From the NCBI GenBank assembly GCA_900766265.1, contig CAAFUS010000013.1, positions 255,940 to 319,939 of the forward strand: a stretch of 64,000 nucleotides of DNA. The letters are read 5' to 3'. Position 1 is the first letter of the stretch. The number at the start of each line of letters is the position of its first letter. The notes beneath the pieces were generated by a model. It searched no databases and was not told the DNA's origin. It was given only the letters and a program-made list of their open reading frames with translations. Shown one piece after another: positions 20,094 to 27,537 of this stretch. This DNA comes from Pseudomonadaceae bacterium. Its GTDB lineage: Bacteria; Pseudomonadota; Gammaproteobacteria; Pseudomonadales; Pseudomonadaceae. The translations under genes and the position numbers were made by a program.

Positions 20094-20417
20094 CTATAGG
20101 CTGAGAAACATAGCCAGGCAGGGTGCGTCTTCCCTTGGCGTCAATGCCGGCTCGCTGTTGCCGCTGATCGCTTGCTTGAGCTTGAGAAACGCGCCTTCAA
20201 CTCGAGGCGCGGATCTGGGCGCCTTTTCTGCGCTTGCCTACAACCGGCCCATTTATTCGGGCTCAGATCTTACGTTGAGTTCACCGCTGCGGGTGCTGAC
20301 GGTATAGATGCCGGAGCCCCAGAAGGCCGTCCGCTCGAGCTTCTCGTCCTGACGATAATCCTCCCAGCACTTGAGGTGCATGTACAGGCTGTACAGGGTC
20401 AACACCGGCGGCTTCTT
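20094..20417 (-). pseudogene. Frameshifted remnant of a paralogous M23-like T6SS effector gene
   Basis: My translation gives three pieces in three frames. They are KKPPVLTLYSLYMHLKCWEDYRQDEKLERTAFWGSGIYTVSTRSGELNVRSEPE*, INGPVVGKRRKGAQIRASS* and VEGAFLKLKQAISGNSEPALTPREDAPCLAMFLSL*. They align colinearly with residues about 126-236 of the intact effector (PPRLTLYSLYMHLQDWAGYQ...AFWE...VRAS...EGEYSKLVSLINGTANPPLT). Confidence 0.6.
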
Positions 20418-21227
20418 TTACTTATCGATATCTAATGACTTGTTGGTGCATTCAAGAGTGTCTTTGCACTGTATCCATCCCTTAATTCTTCCTTTTTTCT
20501 TGTTGTGGAACACGGCTTCCAGCCAGCCTGCCCTTTGACCAACTATCAGCACCTCGTCGTCAGGTATTAAATATTTTGAAGTTTTGTCCGCGACGTTGGG
20601 CTGGCTGTATAAATATGTTTTATCCAATATGCGCGTAGTGATGTGTTTTTGTTCGAACCAAGCTTTGTATTGCGCGGAAGATAATCTGCTTTGAATGGCT
20701 GCTTCGGATTTGTAAGGATGTTCGTACACAAGCTTATCGCTCATGGGTGATGACAGGACGTCCCCTCCCGCACCGAAGTAAGCGCTGATTCGCTCGCTTC
20801 GTTCGTACGTCAGTGGAGCTAGGCTCTTGTATACCAGCGTTGTGAAGTAGTCTGAGCCGTAGCTGATGCCGGTATCGGAGTAAAGAGTCGTTCTATGAAT
20901 AACGAAGAGTTCTGCATTACCATCGAAGTCTGAGTCTGCCAAAAAAGCGCTCTCCACTTCCCCAGGGTCGCCAAGATAGGGGAGTTCTGCGAACTGAGTT
21001 TTGCTTTCAGAGCCGCACTCCTGCGCCACTATGACGATAGGAAAAATATCACCGTGTGGATCAACCGAAATATCTGATTTTATGAAGCGTATTACAGTGT
21101 TTTTATTCTGTGAGATAGGGCTGTATATATCATCTGCAGACCTCTGCATGCAGGTCGAGCTAGCATAGGATGTGTTCAGTGCGGCGGCAAGAATAATTGC
21201 GCATGGTAACTTGTTGGCTGCCATCAT
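20418..21227 (-). CDS. Periplasmic candidate immunity protein for the 815-aa effector
   Basis: The ATG at 21227 overlaps the effector stop (ATGA). It has a signal peptide (MMAANKLPCAIILAAALNTSYASS), is 269 aa, is AT-rich, and has an SH3-like C-terminal stretch (GWLEAVFHNKKKGRIKGWI). Confidence 0.6.
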   Translation of the reverse strand: MMAANKLPCAIILAAALNTSYASSTCMQRSADDIYSPISQNKNTVIRFIKSDISVDPHGDIFPIVIVAQECGSESKTQFAELPYLGDPGEVESAFLADSDFDGNAELFVIHRTTLYSDTGISYGSDYFTTLVYKSLAPLTYERSERISAYFGAGGDVLSSPMSDKLVYEHPYKSEAAIQSRLSSAQYKAWFEQKHITTRILDKTYLYSQPNVADKTSKYLIPDDEVLIVGQRAGWLEAVFHNKKKGRIKGWIQCKDTLECTNKSLDIDK

Positions 21228-23671
21228 TCGGAGCAACTTCCGTAAAGTTCAATGAAGGTCTTAGTGATCTCGCGTTTGAACTGCTTTCTTTCTGTGAGGC
21301 CTTTCGTTCCACCGTTAATAACTCGTGTGATTTTTTCTACGGCAGCATCTTCGGTTAGGCTGGTATCTTCGGCGTGGGCTTTTAGTCTGTTGGCTTTCCA
21401 AAACCAAAGTCCCGTCTCTACAATTGTTGCAACATCACTCTGTGCCAGTGTAGGTTCCGCGTCGATCGGCTTTCCTATTGCCAAGGCGCACGTATGATAG
21501 TTCGAGTAATGTGTGAGGTGGAGTAAGCCACGTCCTCGATAATCATTGTCTGGGTATTCGTTACTACCAAAGCAATGCCGGCCATATCCTGCGTCGTTCT
21601 TCAGTAGATGATCTTCGATATATTTAAGCTTTGCTGCATGGGTGGCAAAGGTCAATCCTTTCCGAGTGAAGCCATTGTTGATTGCCGTAGGCGCCATATC
21701 ATATAGGTCTTGTGCTGTGTAGCTAGAGTAGTAGAGCGACTCGCGAAATGCAGTAAATCTTTTTGTTTCGTGTTTGGCTTGTGCGAGTAAATGGGTTACT
21801 TGAGCGCAGGAATTTATTTCGTATTTCTCAAAAAAGCTGTCAGTGTGTAGGATAAACTCTTTGATGAAGTCGTCTGTTGTGCTGCTTGGGCATATTTCTT
21901 TCATCAGTTCATAGGTTATAGAAATGCTCTTGTTGCATTTCGAGCATTTATTTTTTCCGTTTCTCGTGAGGTTGGCGGCGAGCATGGGGGGATGTAGGTG
22001 CCAAGCTAATCCAGCTCCGTTAACCCCATGATGCCCCGCCAGTTCTTTCCACCAGCTCAGCTTTTCAATCCTCTGCTTTTCCACTTCCCATATTGGATTC
22101 GGCTTATCAGGTTCTTCCGCCAGCAATGGATCGAGTTCATCCCACTTACCCTTGTTCCAGAACCATTCGCTTTCGTACTTAGTAATCAACCGCCCGAGCA
22201 TTTGGACGTGCCAAGGCTTGGAGAGCGCCACTCGGATTTCATGGCTGGTCAGCACGCCGTTCTGGTCGGTATCGACGATGTCGTACAGGCGAGCAAGCGC
22301 GACTATGGGGCCGCCATCGGCTCTGTTTATCTGGGCGCGGTAGTTGTGCTGTTCGTCTGCACTCAGCATGCCTTTGGCATTGAATGTGTAGGCGAGTTTT
22401 TCAAAGGGCGTTCCGGTTTCCTCGATGCACTGGAAATCCTGCCATTCCCAAGGGCTGTGGCGGGTGGTTATCAACTCTTGTTCGGCCAGCCAGCCGTCGA
22501 TGGGATTTCCGTTCTCGTCAGCGAACAATCCATCGAGCCGCCACCAGTGGGTTGTGCTTGGTGAGGCGTAGCCTTCGGCTCTGACCTGAATCTTGTTCGC
22601 CGCTGGCAGGCCATCCAGGAGTGCTTGGGGAATGATCAGGTCGACCCCGATCTGGCTTCCTTCGTCGCTGAGCTTGGGCGGATTTTCGGCATTGAAATCG
22701 TCTCGATGGGCGATCAGTTTGCTCGCGCCTTTGTAGACCTTGAGCAGGGTCTTTTGATCATCCGGCAAGCGGCTTGCCCAGGCACGACTACGAGTGATAA
22801 AGCCTGGCACGTCGTCGCAGCTGAATACTTCCAGATGAATAAGCGGATGAGCGGCACCATTGTGGTTTTGATAGATGCCGGGGTGGCCAATCAGCTCACC
22901 TGCCTTGATCGGAATACCTTCACCCAAAACCACTACCTGGCCCAGCTCGTTGGGCTCACTCCGAGCTTGCAAAAACTTGGAGGAAATGTAGCCGGGAAGA
23001 TTGCCTTCGCTATCGGCCGTGAGGGGTGGATTTGCCGTGCCGTTGATGAGGCTTACAAGCTTGCTGTACTCACCCTCGGTTGCCGTCACCGTAACTTCGG
23101 CTCCCTTGGTAATTTCCGATAGATTCGCAGAGTCTTTGTTGGCACTGGCGCGAACGATCAGACCCTGGCTCTGGGTATTGACGATATGACTCTTGACCTC
23201 CCAGAAGGCAGGCCGTGGCAGATCCGCTTTCGCCTGATAGCCGGCCCAATCCTGTAAGTGCATGTACAGGCTGTAGAGAGTCAGTCTCGGAGGTGTTTGC
23301 TCATCAGCTGCGTTGCCCTCGGCTTTCTTGGGCTGTGGCGGCTGAAGAGTGTGTTTGACCAGAACGAACCCTGTGGAAAACGGCGCTCGCTTGATGCTTG
23401 GGATTTCGTCGGTGAACTCGCTGACGGGATAGCTTTCATCGATACGGTAGGCAATCACCTCGCCATCGGCGATGCAGCGCACGCTCGATTGGTCGAATAC
23501 GGCTGCCGTGCCTTCATCGAAATGCACACCTCCATGCCATAGGCCATTCTCGCCGGTCGGGTAATAACCGCTCTTGGCCTTGGCCATATGGGTGAGAAGT
23601 TGCAGCGGATTACTGCCTACTTCCTTGCTGGGGAAGGGGTAAGCCCAGTTGATCGGTTTGTGTTCGGCCAT
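21224..23671 (-). CDS. VgrG-linked multidomain peptidoglycan-hydrolase effector (M23/LytM-like domain, EF-hand, GH19 lysozyme/chitinase-like C-terminal domain)
   Basis: M23-like motifs WHGGVHFD (aa 45-52) and IHLEVF (aa 278-283). Canonical 12-residue EF-hand loop DTDQNGVLTSHE (aa 467-478). GH19-like motifs AQAKHETKRF, YRGRGLLHLTHYSNY and VINGG in aa about 600-815. The gene starts 60 nt downstream of vgrG. Confidence 0.7.
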   Translation of the reverse strand: MAEHKPINWAYPFPSKEVGSNPLQLLTHMAKAKSGYYPTGENGLWHGGVHFDEGTAAVFDQSSVRCIADGEVIAYRIDESYPVSEFTDEIPSIKRAPFSTGFVLVKHTLQPPQPKKAEGNAADEQTPPRLTLYSLYMHLQDWAGYQAKADLPRPAFWEVKSHIVNTQSQGLIVRASANKDSANLSEITKGAEVTVTATEGEYSKLVSLINGTANPPLTADSEGNLPGYISSKFLQARSEPNELGQVVVLGEGIPIKAGELIGHPGIYQNHNGAAHPLIHLEVFSCDDVPGFITRSRAWASRLPDDQKTLLKVYKGASKLIAHRDDFNAENPPKLSDEGSQIGVDLIIPQALLDGLPAANKIQVRAEGYASPSTTHWWRLDGLFADENGNPIDGWLAEQELITTRHSPWEWQDFQCIEETGTPFEKLAYTFNAKGMLSADEQHNYRAQINRADGGPIVALARLYDIVDTDQNGVLTSHEIRVALSKPWHVQMLGRLITKYESEWFWNKGKWDELDPLLAEEPDKPNPIWEVEKQRIEKLSWWKELAGHHGVNGAGLAWHLHPPMLAANLTRNGKNKCSKCNKSISITYELMKEICPSSTTDDFIKEFILHTDSFFEKYEINSCAQVTHLLAQAKHETKRFTAFRESLYYSSYTAQDLYDMAPTAINNGFTRKGLTFATHAAKLKYIEDHLLKNDAGYGRHCFGSNEYPDNDYRGRGLLHLTHYSNYHTCALAIGKPIDAEPTLAQSDVATIVETGLWFWKANRLKAHAEDTSLTEDAAVEKITRVINGGTKGLTERKQFKREITKTFIELYGSCSE

Positions 23672-23731
23672 GTTCGATACGTCCTGATCCTTGCCTTTGG
23701 AGCTGCCTGATAAGCAGCCCTCGTCCTTGCG

Positions 23732-25786
23732 TTAACCGGAAAAGTTGAGCGAGCGCTTGGGTTTGCGAGGTGGATTGAGTACCTCGCCCGGCTGAGCCTG
23801 CTCCAGCAAATTCCCCGCCTTGTCCTTATCTGCCGCGCCCGGCAGCACCGGCGGCTTGATCTTGATGCCTGAGCCCTTGCCCGGCGCCCCGCCGGCGTTG
23901 ATCTTGATCATCGGGCCGCTGACGGTGATGCCGCCGGGGTCGAGCTTGATGAAGCTGCCGCCGGCGGTGAGGGTCAGTTCGATGCCGGCTTCGATGACCA
24001 TTTTCTGGCCGGCCTTGAGGTGGATTTCGCGGCCGGCCTTGGTCAGTTGGGCGGTGCCGAGCTTGGTGTGCTGGGTTTGGCCGACGGTGAGGTGGTCGTC
24101 GGGTTTGACTTCCACCTTGCGGTCGCCGGTGACGGTCAGGTGTTCCTCGGCCCGGAGTTCGGTGAAGCTTGCGGCCTCGACGGTGTCGTGACGTTCGTGG
24201 CCGACGCGGATCTTCTGGTCGTGTTCGATGTTCTCGTCCCAGTCGCGCTGGGCGTGGAGGTATATCTGCTCGGCGCCCTTGCGGTCTTCGATGCGCAGTT
24301 CGTTGTAGCCGCCACCGCCGGGCGAGCTGAGGGTCTTGAAGACGCTTCGCGTTTTGTTCGCCGGCAGGTCGTAGGGAACCTGATGCTCCTTGTGGTACAG
24401 GCAGCCGGTCACAAGTGGCTGGTCGGGATCGCCTTCAAGGAAGGTGACCAACACTTCCATGCCGACCCGCGGGATGGCGATGCCGCCGTAGCGGTCGCCA
24501 GCCCAGCTCGCGCTGACGCGTAGCCAGCAGCTGGTCTTGTCATCGGCTTGGCCGTGACGATCCCAGAAGAACTGGACCTTTACCCGACCGTATTCGTCGC
24601 AATGGATCTCTTCCCCAGCGGGGCCGGTGACGACGGCGGTCTGGCTGCCGAGCACCTTGGGCTTGGGATGCGTCAAGGCGGGACGGTAAGGGATGTCCCA
24701 GGGCGTGGCGGTGAAGTGGTTGCGGTAGCCCTGGGTAAATGAGGTGTCTGCTAGCGCTGGAGGAGAGGTGACTGATTCTTCGAGCACCTGCGGCTGTTTG
24801 CCTTCGTGCAGCACTTCGGTCAGCAGCCAGAGATCGTTCCATTCCCGGCGCGGGTGATCGGAGATTTCCAAGAGGTGCCCGCTGACCAGCTGAGGCTGGT
24901 CACTTTGACCTTCAGCCAGGCGGTAATCGGCGCGATGGCGTTCCAGGGAGCGCTGGGACAGGTGTTTGCCGCGGGCGCGATCGGTGAAGCGGCCCGGGTA
25001 GTCATAATCTTCGAGGTCCGGCTCCGGCGTTGTTTTCCCGTCCCCGGGTTGCCCCTTCTGCGCGGCCTCCATCACCAGTCGGGGTTGTTCGAAGTCATAG
25101 TCGCGCCGGCTTACCCGGGTGGTGCGGGTCTCCAGGCGCACGGAGAAGCGTTTGATTACCGGCTCGTCGGCGACCAGACCGCTGTCCTGCAGGTACGCGG
25201 TGGGTTGCCCTAGCTTGGCAAAGCCCGTCTGGTCATCACCGAACACCAGGACATGGCCTTGCGCGCTGTGCTCGAAGTGATAGTGGATACCTTCCTCTTC
25301 GCACAGGCGCTGAACGAAGTGCAGGTCGGTCTCGTCGTACTGGGTGCAGTAGTCCCGCTCGGGATAGACCACCGGGCCGAGTTGAAAGCGATAGGCGTTT
25401 GCCTGGATGCCGTGGCCCTCCAGCACTTGCGCGATGATCTGCGGCACGGTCAGGTGCTGAAAGATGCGCTGATCGGTGCGGTGTGCGAGATAGGCCAGTT
25501 GAGGGACGATAGCCAGCCGGTAACGGGTCAGGCGCTTGCCGGACTCGCCTTGGGCGACGCGGTGGATCAGCCCGTGGATGCCGTTGCCAGCCGGCGACAG
25601 CGCCAGAAAAGCCGGCTTATGCAGCAGGCTTTGCAAATCAATATCGGGCCGCTCGCTAATCAGTTCAAGGTCGAAGCGGAAGGGCTGGCTGATGGCCTCT
25701 CGCCCGCTGAAGGCGAGCACCTGCAGGTCGTGCTCGGCGCCCTCGATGGTGAGGCTGAAGGGGGTGTCATTGGCCGCGTTGAACAT
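23732..25786 (-). CDS. vgrG: T6SS spike protein VgrG (copy a)
   Basis: Typical VgrG N-terminus (FSLTIEG...LQVLAFSGREAISQPFRFDLELISE) and gp27/gp5-like core; 684 aa. The short Lys/Pro-rich C-terminal tail differs from copy b. Confidence 0.93.
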   Translation of the reverse strand: MFNAANDTPFSLTIEGAEHDLQVLAFSGREAISQPFRFDLELISERPDIDLQSLLHKPAFLALSPAGNGIHGLIHRVAQGESGKRLTRYRLAIVPQLAYLAHRTDQRIFQHLTVPQIIAQVLEGHGIQANAYRFQLGPVVYPERDYCTQYDETDLHFVQRLCEEEGIHYHFEHSAQGHVLVFGDDQTGFAKLGQPTAYLQDSGLVADEPVIKRFSVRLETRTTRVSRRDYDFEQPRLVMEAAQKGQPGDGKTTPEPDLEDYDYPGRFTDRARGKHLSQRSLERHRADYRLAEGQSDQPQLVSGHLLEISDHPRREWNDLWLLTEVLHEGKQPQVLEESVTSPPALADTSFTQGYRNHFTATPWDIPYRPALTHPKPKVLGSQTAVVTGPAGEEIHCDEYGRVKVQFFWDRHGQADDKTSCWLRVSASWAGDRYGGIAIPRVGMEVLVTFLEGDPDQPLVTGCLYHKEHQVPYDLPANKTRSVFKTLSSPGGGGYNELRIEDRKGAEQIYLHAQRDWDENIEHDQKIRVGHERHDTVEAASFTELRAEEHLTVTGDRKVEVKPDDHLTVGQTQHTKLGTAQLTKAGREIHLKAGQKMVIEAGIELTLTAGGSFIKLDPGGITVSGPMIKINAGGAPGKGSGIKIKPPVLPGAADKDKAGNLLEQAQPGEVLNPPRKPKRSLNFSG
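23880..25786 (-). repeat. Left copy of a ~1.9-kb direct repeat (vgrG paralogue core)
   Basis: By-eye alignment of 24181-24740 with 38591-39150 shows only scattered mismatches, roughly 85-90% identity. Similarity ends near the codons for GGAPGKGSG. Confidence 0.8.
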
Positions 25787-25807
25787 GGCGCTTCCTTGTT
25801 TCTCATG

Positions 25808-26800
25808 TCATCCATGGGTGCGCCCGAACCAGCGCTGCAGGCGGCTGGGTGCGGGACGGCGGAAAAGATCGAGCAGTTGGGCGACGCTGACATCTCGCTG
25901 CTCGGGCTCGAAAGCCAGGGCGCGGCGCAGTGCTGGCCAGCAATGGGGCGGTAGCTTGACCGGCCGCTGCAATTCCCTGCCTAGCGTCAAGGCTTTGGCC
26001 TGCTTGGCGCTCAAGCGGCGGAACGGGTGGCTGCCACTGGCGAGCTCATAGAGTAGACAGCCCAGCGCATAGAGGTCGGTGGCGACGGAGAGGTCACCGC
26101 CGTCAAGCAGCTCCAGCGCGGCGTAGCGGGGCGTCCAGGCAGTGAAACGGTTGCGTGCGAGGCGGGGCAGACTGGGCAGCACCCCATCAAGGGGTTGCCC
26201 GAGGCCGTAGTCGAACAAGCGCAGGCCGTCGGCGGCGAGCATGACGTTGCTCGGTTTGAGGTCGCCATGGATCACGCCGCGGCTGTGGGAATACTCCAGC
26301 GCTTCAAGGAGCGGCAGGGCGATATCGCGTAGCTCGTCCCAGGCGATGCCGTCCGGGCGCTCGCTGAGCAACAGGTCGAGGGTCGGCCCCTTGAGCAGTT
26401 CGAGCGTGATGAAGGCACGCTGGCTGGCGGCGTCCACGTCGAAGCCGAACAGTCGCACGACGTGGCGATGGTTAAGTCGGGCGGTCAACGCGAACTCGGT
26501 GTAAAGCAGTGCATGGGCGTCGGGGTACTCGGCGAAATCATCGCTCAGGGTCTTCAGCGCGACGTAGGGTTCCGGGTCGCCAAACTGTTCACGCAACAAA
26601 TCCCGAGCGCGGTAGACCGCGCCCATGCCGCCAACGCCCAGCAGTCGTTCGATCAGATAGCGTCCGCCCAGTACGTCCGGCAGGTCCTTGGCCGCAACGG
26701 CTGCGGCGGCCGGCGTTTCGGCCCTCGGAGAGGTAGCCGTGGCGGCAAAGGCGAAGTAGGTGAGGTCGGACGCCGGTTCGGCGCGTAGCGGTTCGATCAT
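25808..26800 (-). CDS. Short Hanks-type Ser/Thr protein kinase (Stk1/PpkA-like)
   Basis: Kinase motifs GGMGAVYRA, VALK, HGDLKPSN and DYG. The ATG at 26800 overlaps the phosphatase stop (ATGA). It is about 330 aa with no TM or C-terminal sensor domain. Confidence 0.88.
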   Translation of the reverse strand: MIEPLRAEPASDLTYFAFAATATSPRAETPAAAAVAAKDLPDVLGGRYLIERLLGVGGMGAVYRARDLLREQFGDPEPYVALKTLSDDFAEYPDAHALLYTEFALTARLNHRHVVRLFGFDVDAASQRAFITLELLKGPTLDLLLSERPDGIAWDELRDIALPLLEALEYSHSRGVIHGDLKPSNVMLAADGLRLFDYGLGQPLDGVLPSLPRLARNRFTAWTPRYAALELLDGGDLSVATDLYALGCLLYELASGSHPFRRLSAKQAKALTLGRELQRPVKLPPHCWPALRRALAFEPEQRDVSVAQLLDLFRRPAPSRLQRWFGRTHG

Positions 26801-27537
26801 CGCCGTATCACCACGGCGCTGAGGTTGTCTCGGCACGGGCCGTCCATCGCCTCTTCGAACAGCCGCTGCAACGCCAGGCCTGTCGAGGGTGAATTGAGCG
26901 CTACGCCGAGGCTGTCCGGCGACAGGCTCTGGTAGAGACCGTCGCTGCACAGCAGCAGGGTGTCGCCCGGATAAACGTCGAACTCCAGGATATCCAGCAC
27001 CAGCTGTTCGCTGGCGCCGATGGCCCGGGTGAGCGCGTGCGCGGCGGGATGGCGCGCGGCTTCCTCCGGGCTGAGGTTTCCCTCGTCGATCAGCTGCTGG
27101 AGAAGCGAATGGTCACGCGAAAGCTGATACAGGCGACCGCCACGCCAGAGGTAGCAGCGACTGTCGCCGGCCCATACACAGGCGGCGCGATCACCCTCCA
27201 TCATCAGGGCGACCACGGTGCTGCCAATCACCGGGTCGGGGCGATTAGCGGTAACGGTCAGCTCCTGCCCGAGCCGACGATTAAGGTCGTGCAGGCAGCG
27301 GCGCAGGCTGACCACGCGCTCGGCCAGGCTGCCAGCGGGCAGTTCAGCCAGGCGCTCGACGATCAGCCGGCTGGCGAGCGCGCCGTTCTGATGGCCGCCC
27401 ATGCCGTCAGCGACCACCCAGAGGCCTTGCTCGGGAAAGTCGAGAAAGGCATCTTCGTTTCGCGCGCGGACCTTGCCGGTATCGGTCCGCGCGGCACTGC
27501 GCCAGCTATGAGCCAGGCTTGTGGTCCCCGTCATCAC
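26797..27537 (-). CDS. PP2C-family Ser/Thr phosphatase (Stp1/PppA-like)
   Basis: PP2C motifs RARNEDAF, VADGMGGH and LLLCSDGL; 246 aa; overlaps the tssM stop by 4 nt. Confidence 0.9.
   Translation of the reverse strand: MMTGTTSLAHSWRSAARTDTGKVRARNEDAFLDFPEQGLWVVADGMGGHQNGALASRLIVERLAELPAGSLAERVVSLRRCLHDLNRRLGQELTVTANRPDPVIGSTVVALMMEGDRAACVWAGDSRCYLWRGGRLYQLSRDHSLLQQLIDEGNLSPEEAARHPAAHALTRAIGASEQLVLDILEFDVYPGDTLLLCSDGLYQSLSPDSLGVALNSPSTGLALQRLFEEAMDGPCRDNLSAVVIRR

Noticed and set aside
26801-26950. 50-codon N-terminal extension of the kinase ORF
   Set aside because: It overlaps the phosphatase gene and is Arg/Pro-rich. The ATG at 26800 forms an ATGA overlap with the phosphatase stop, and kinase homology begins after it.
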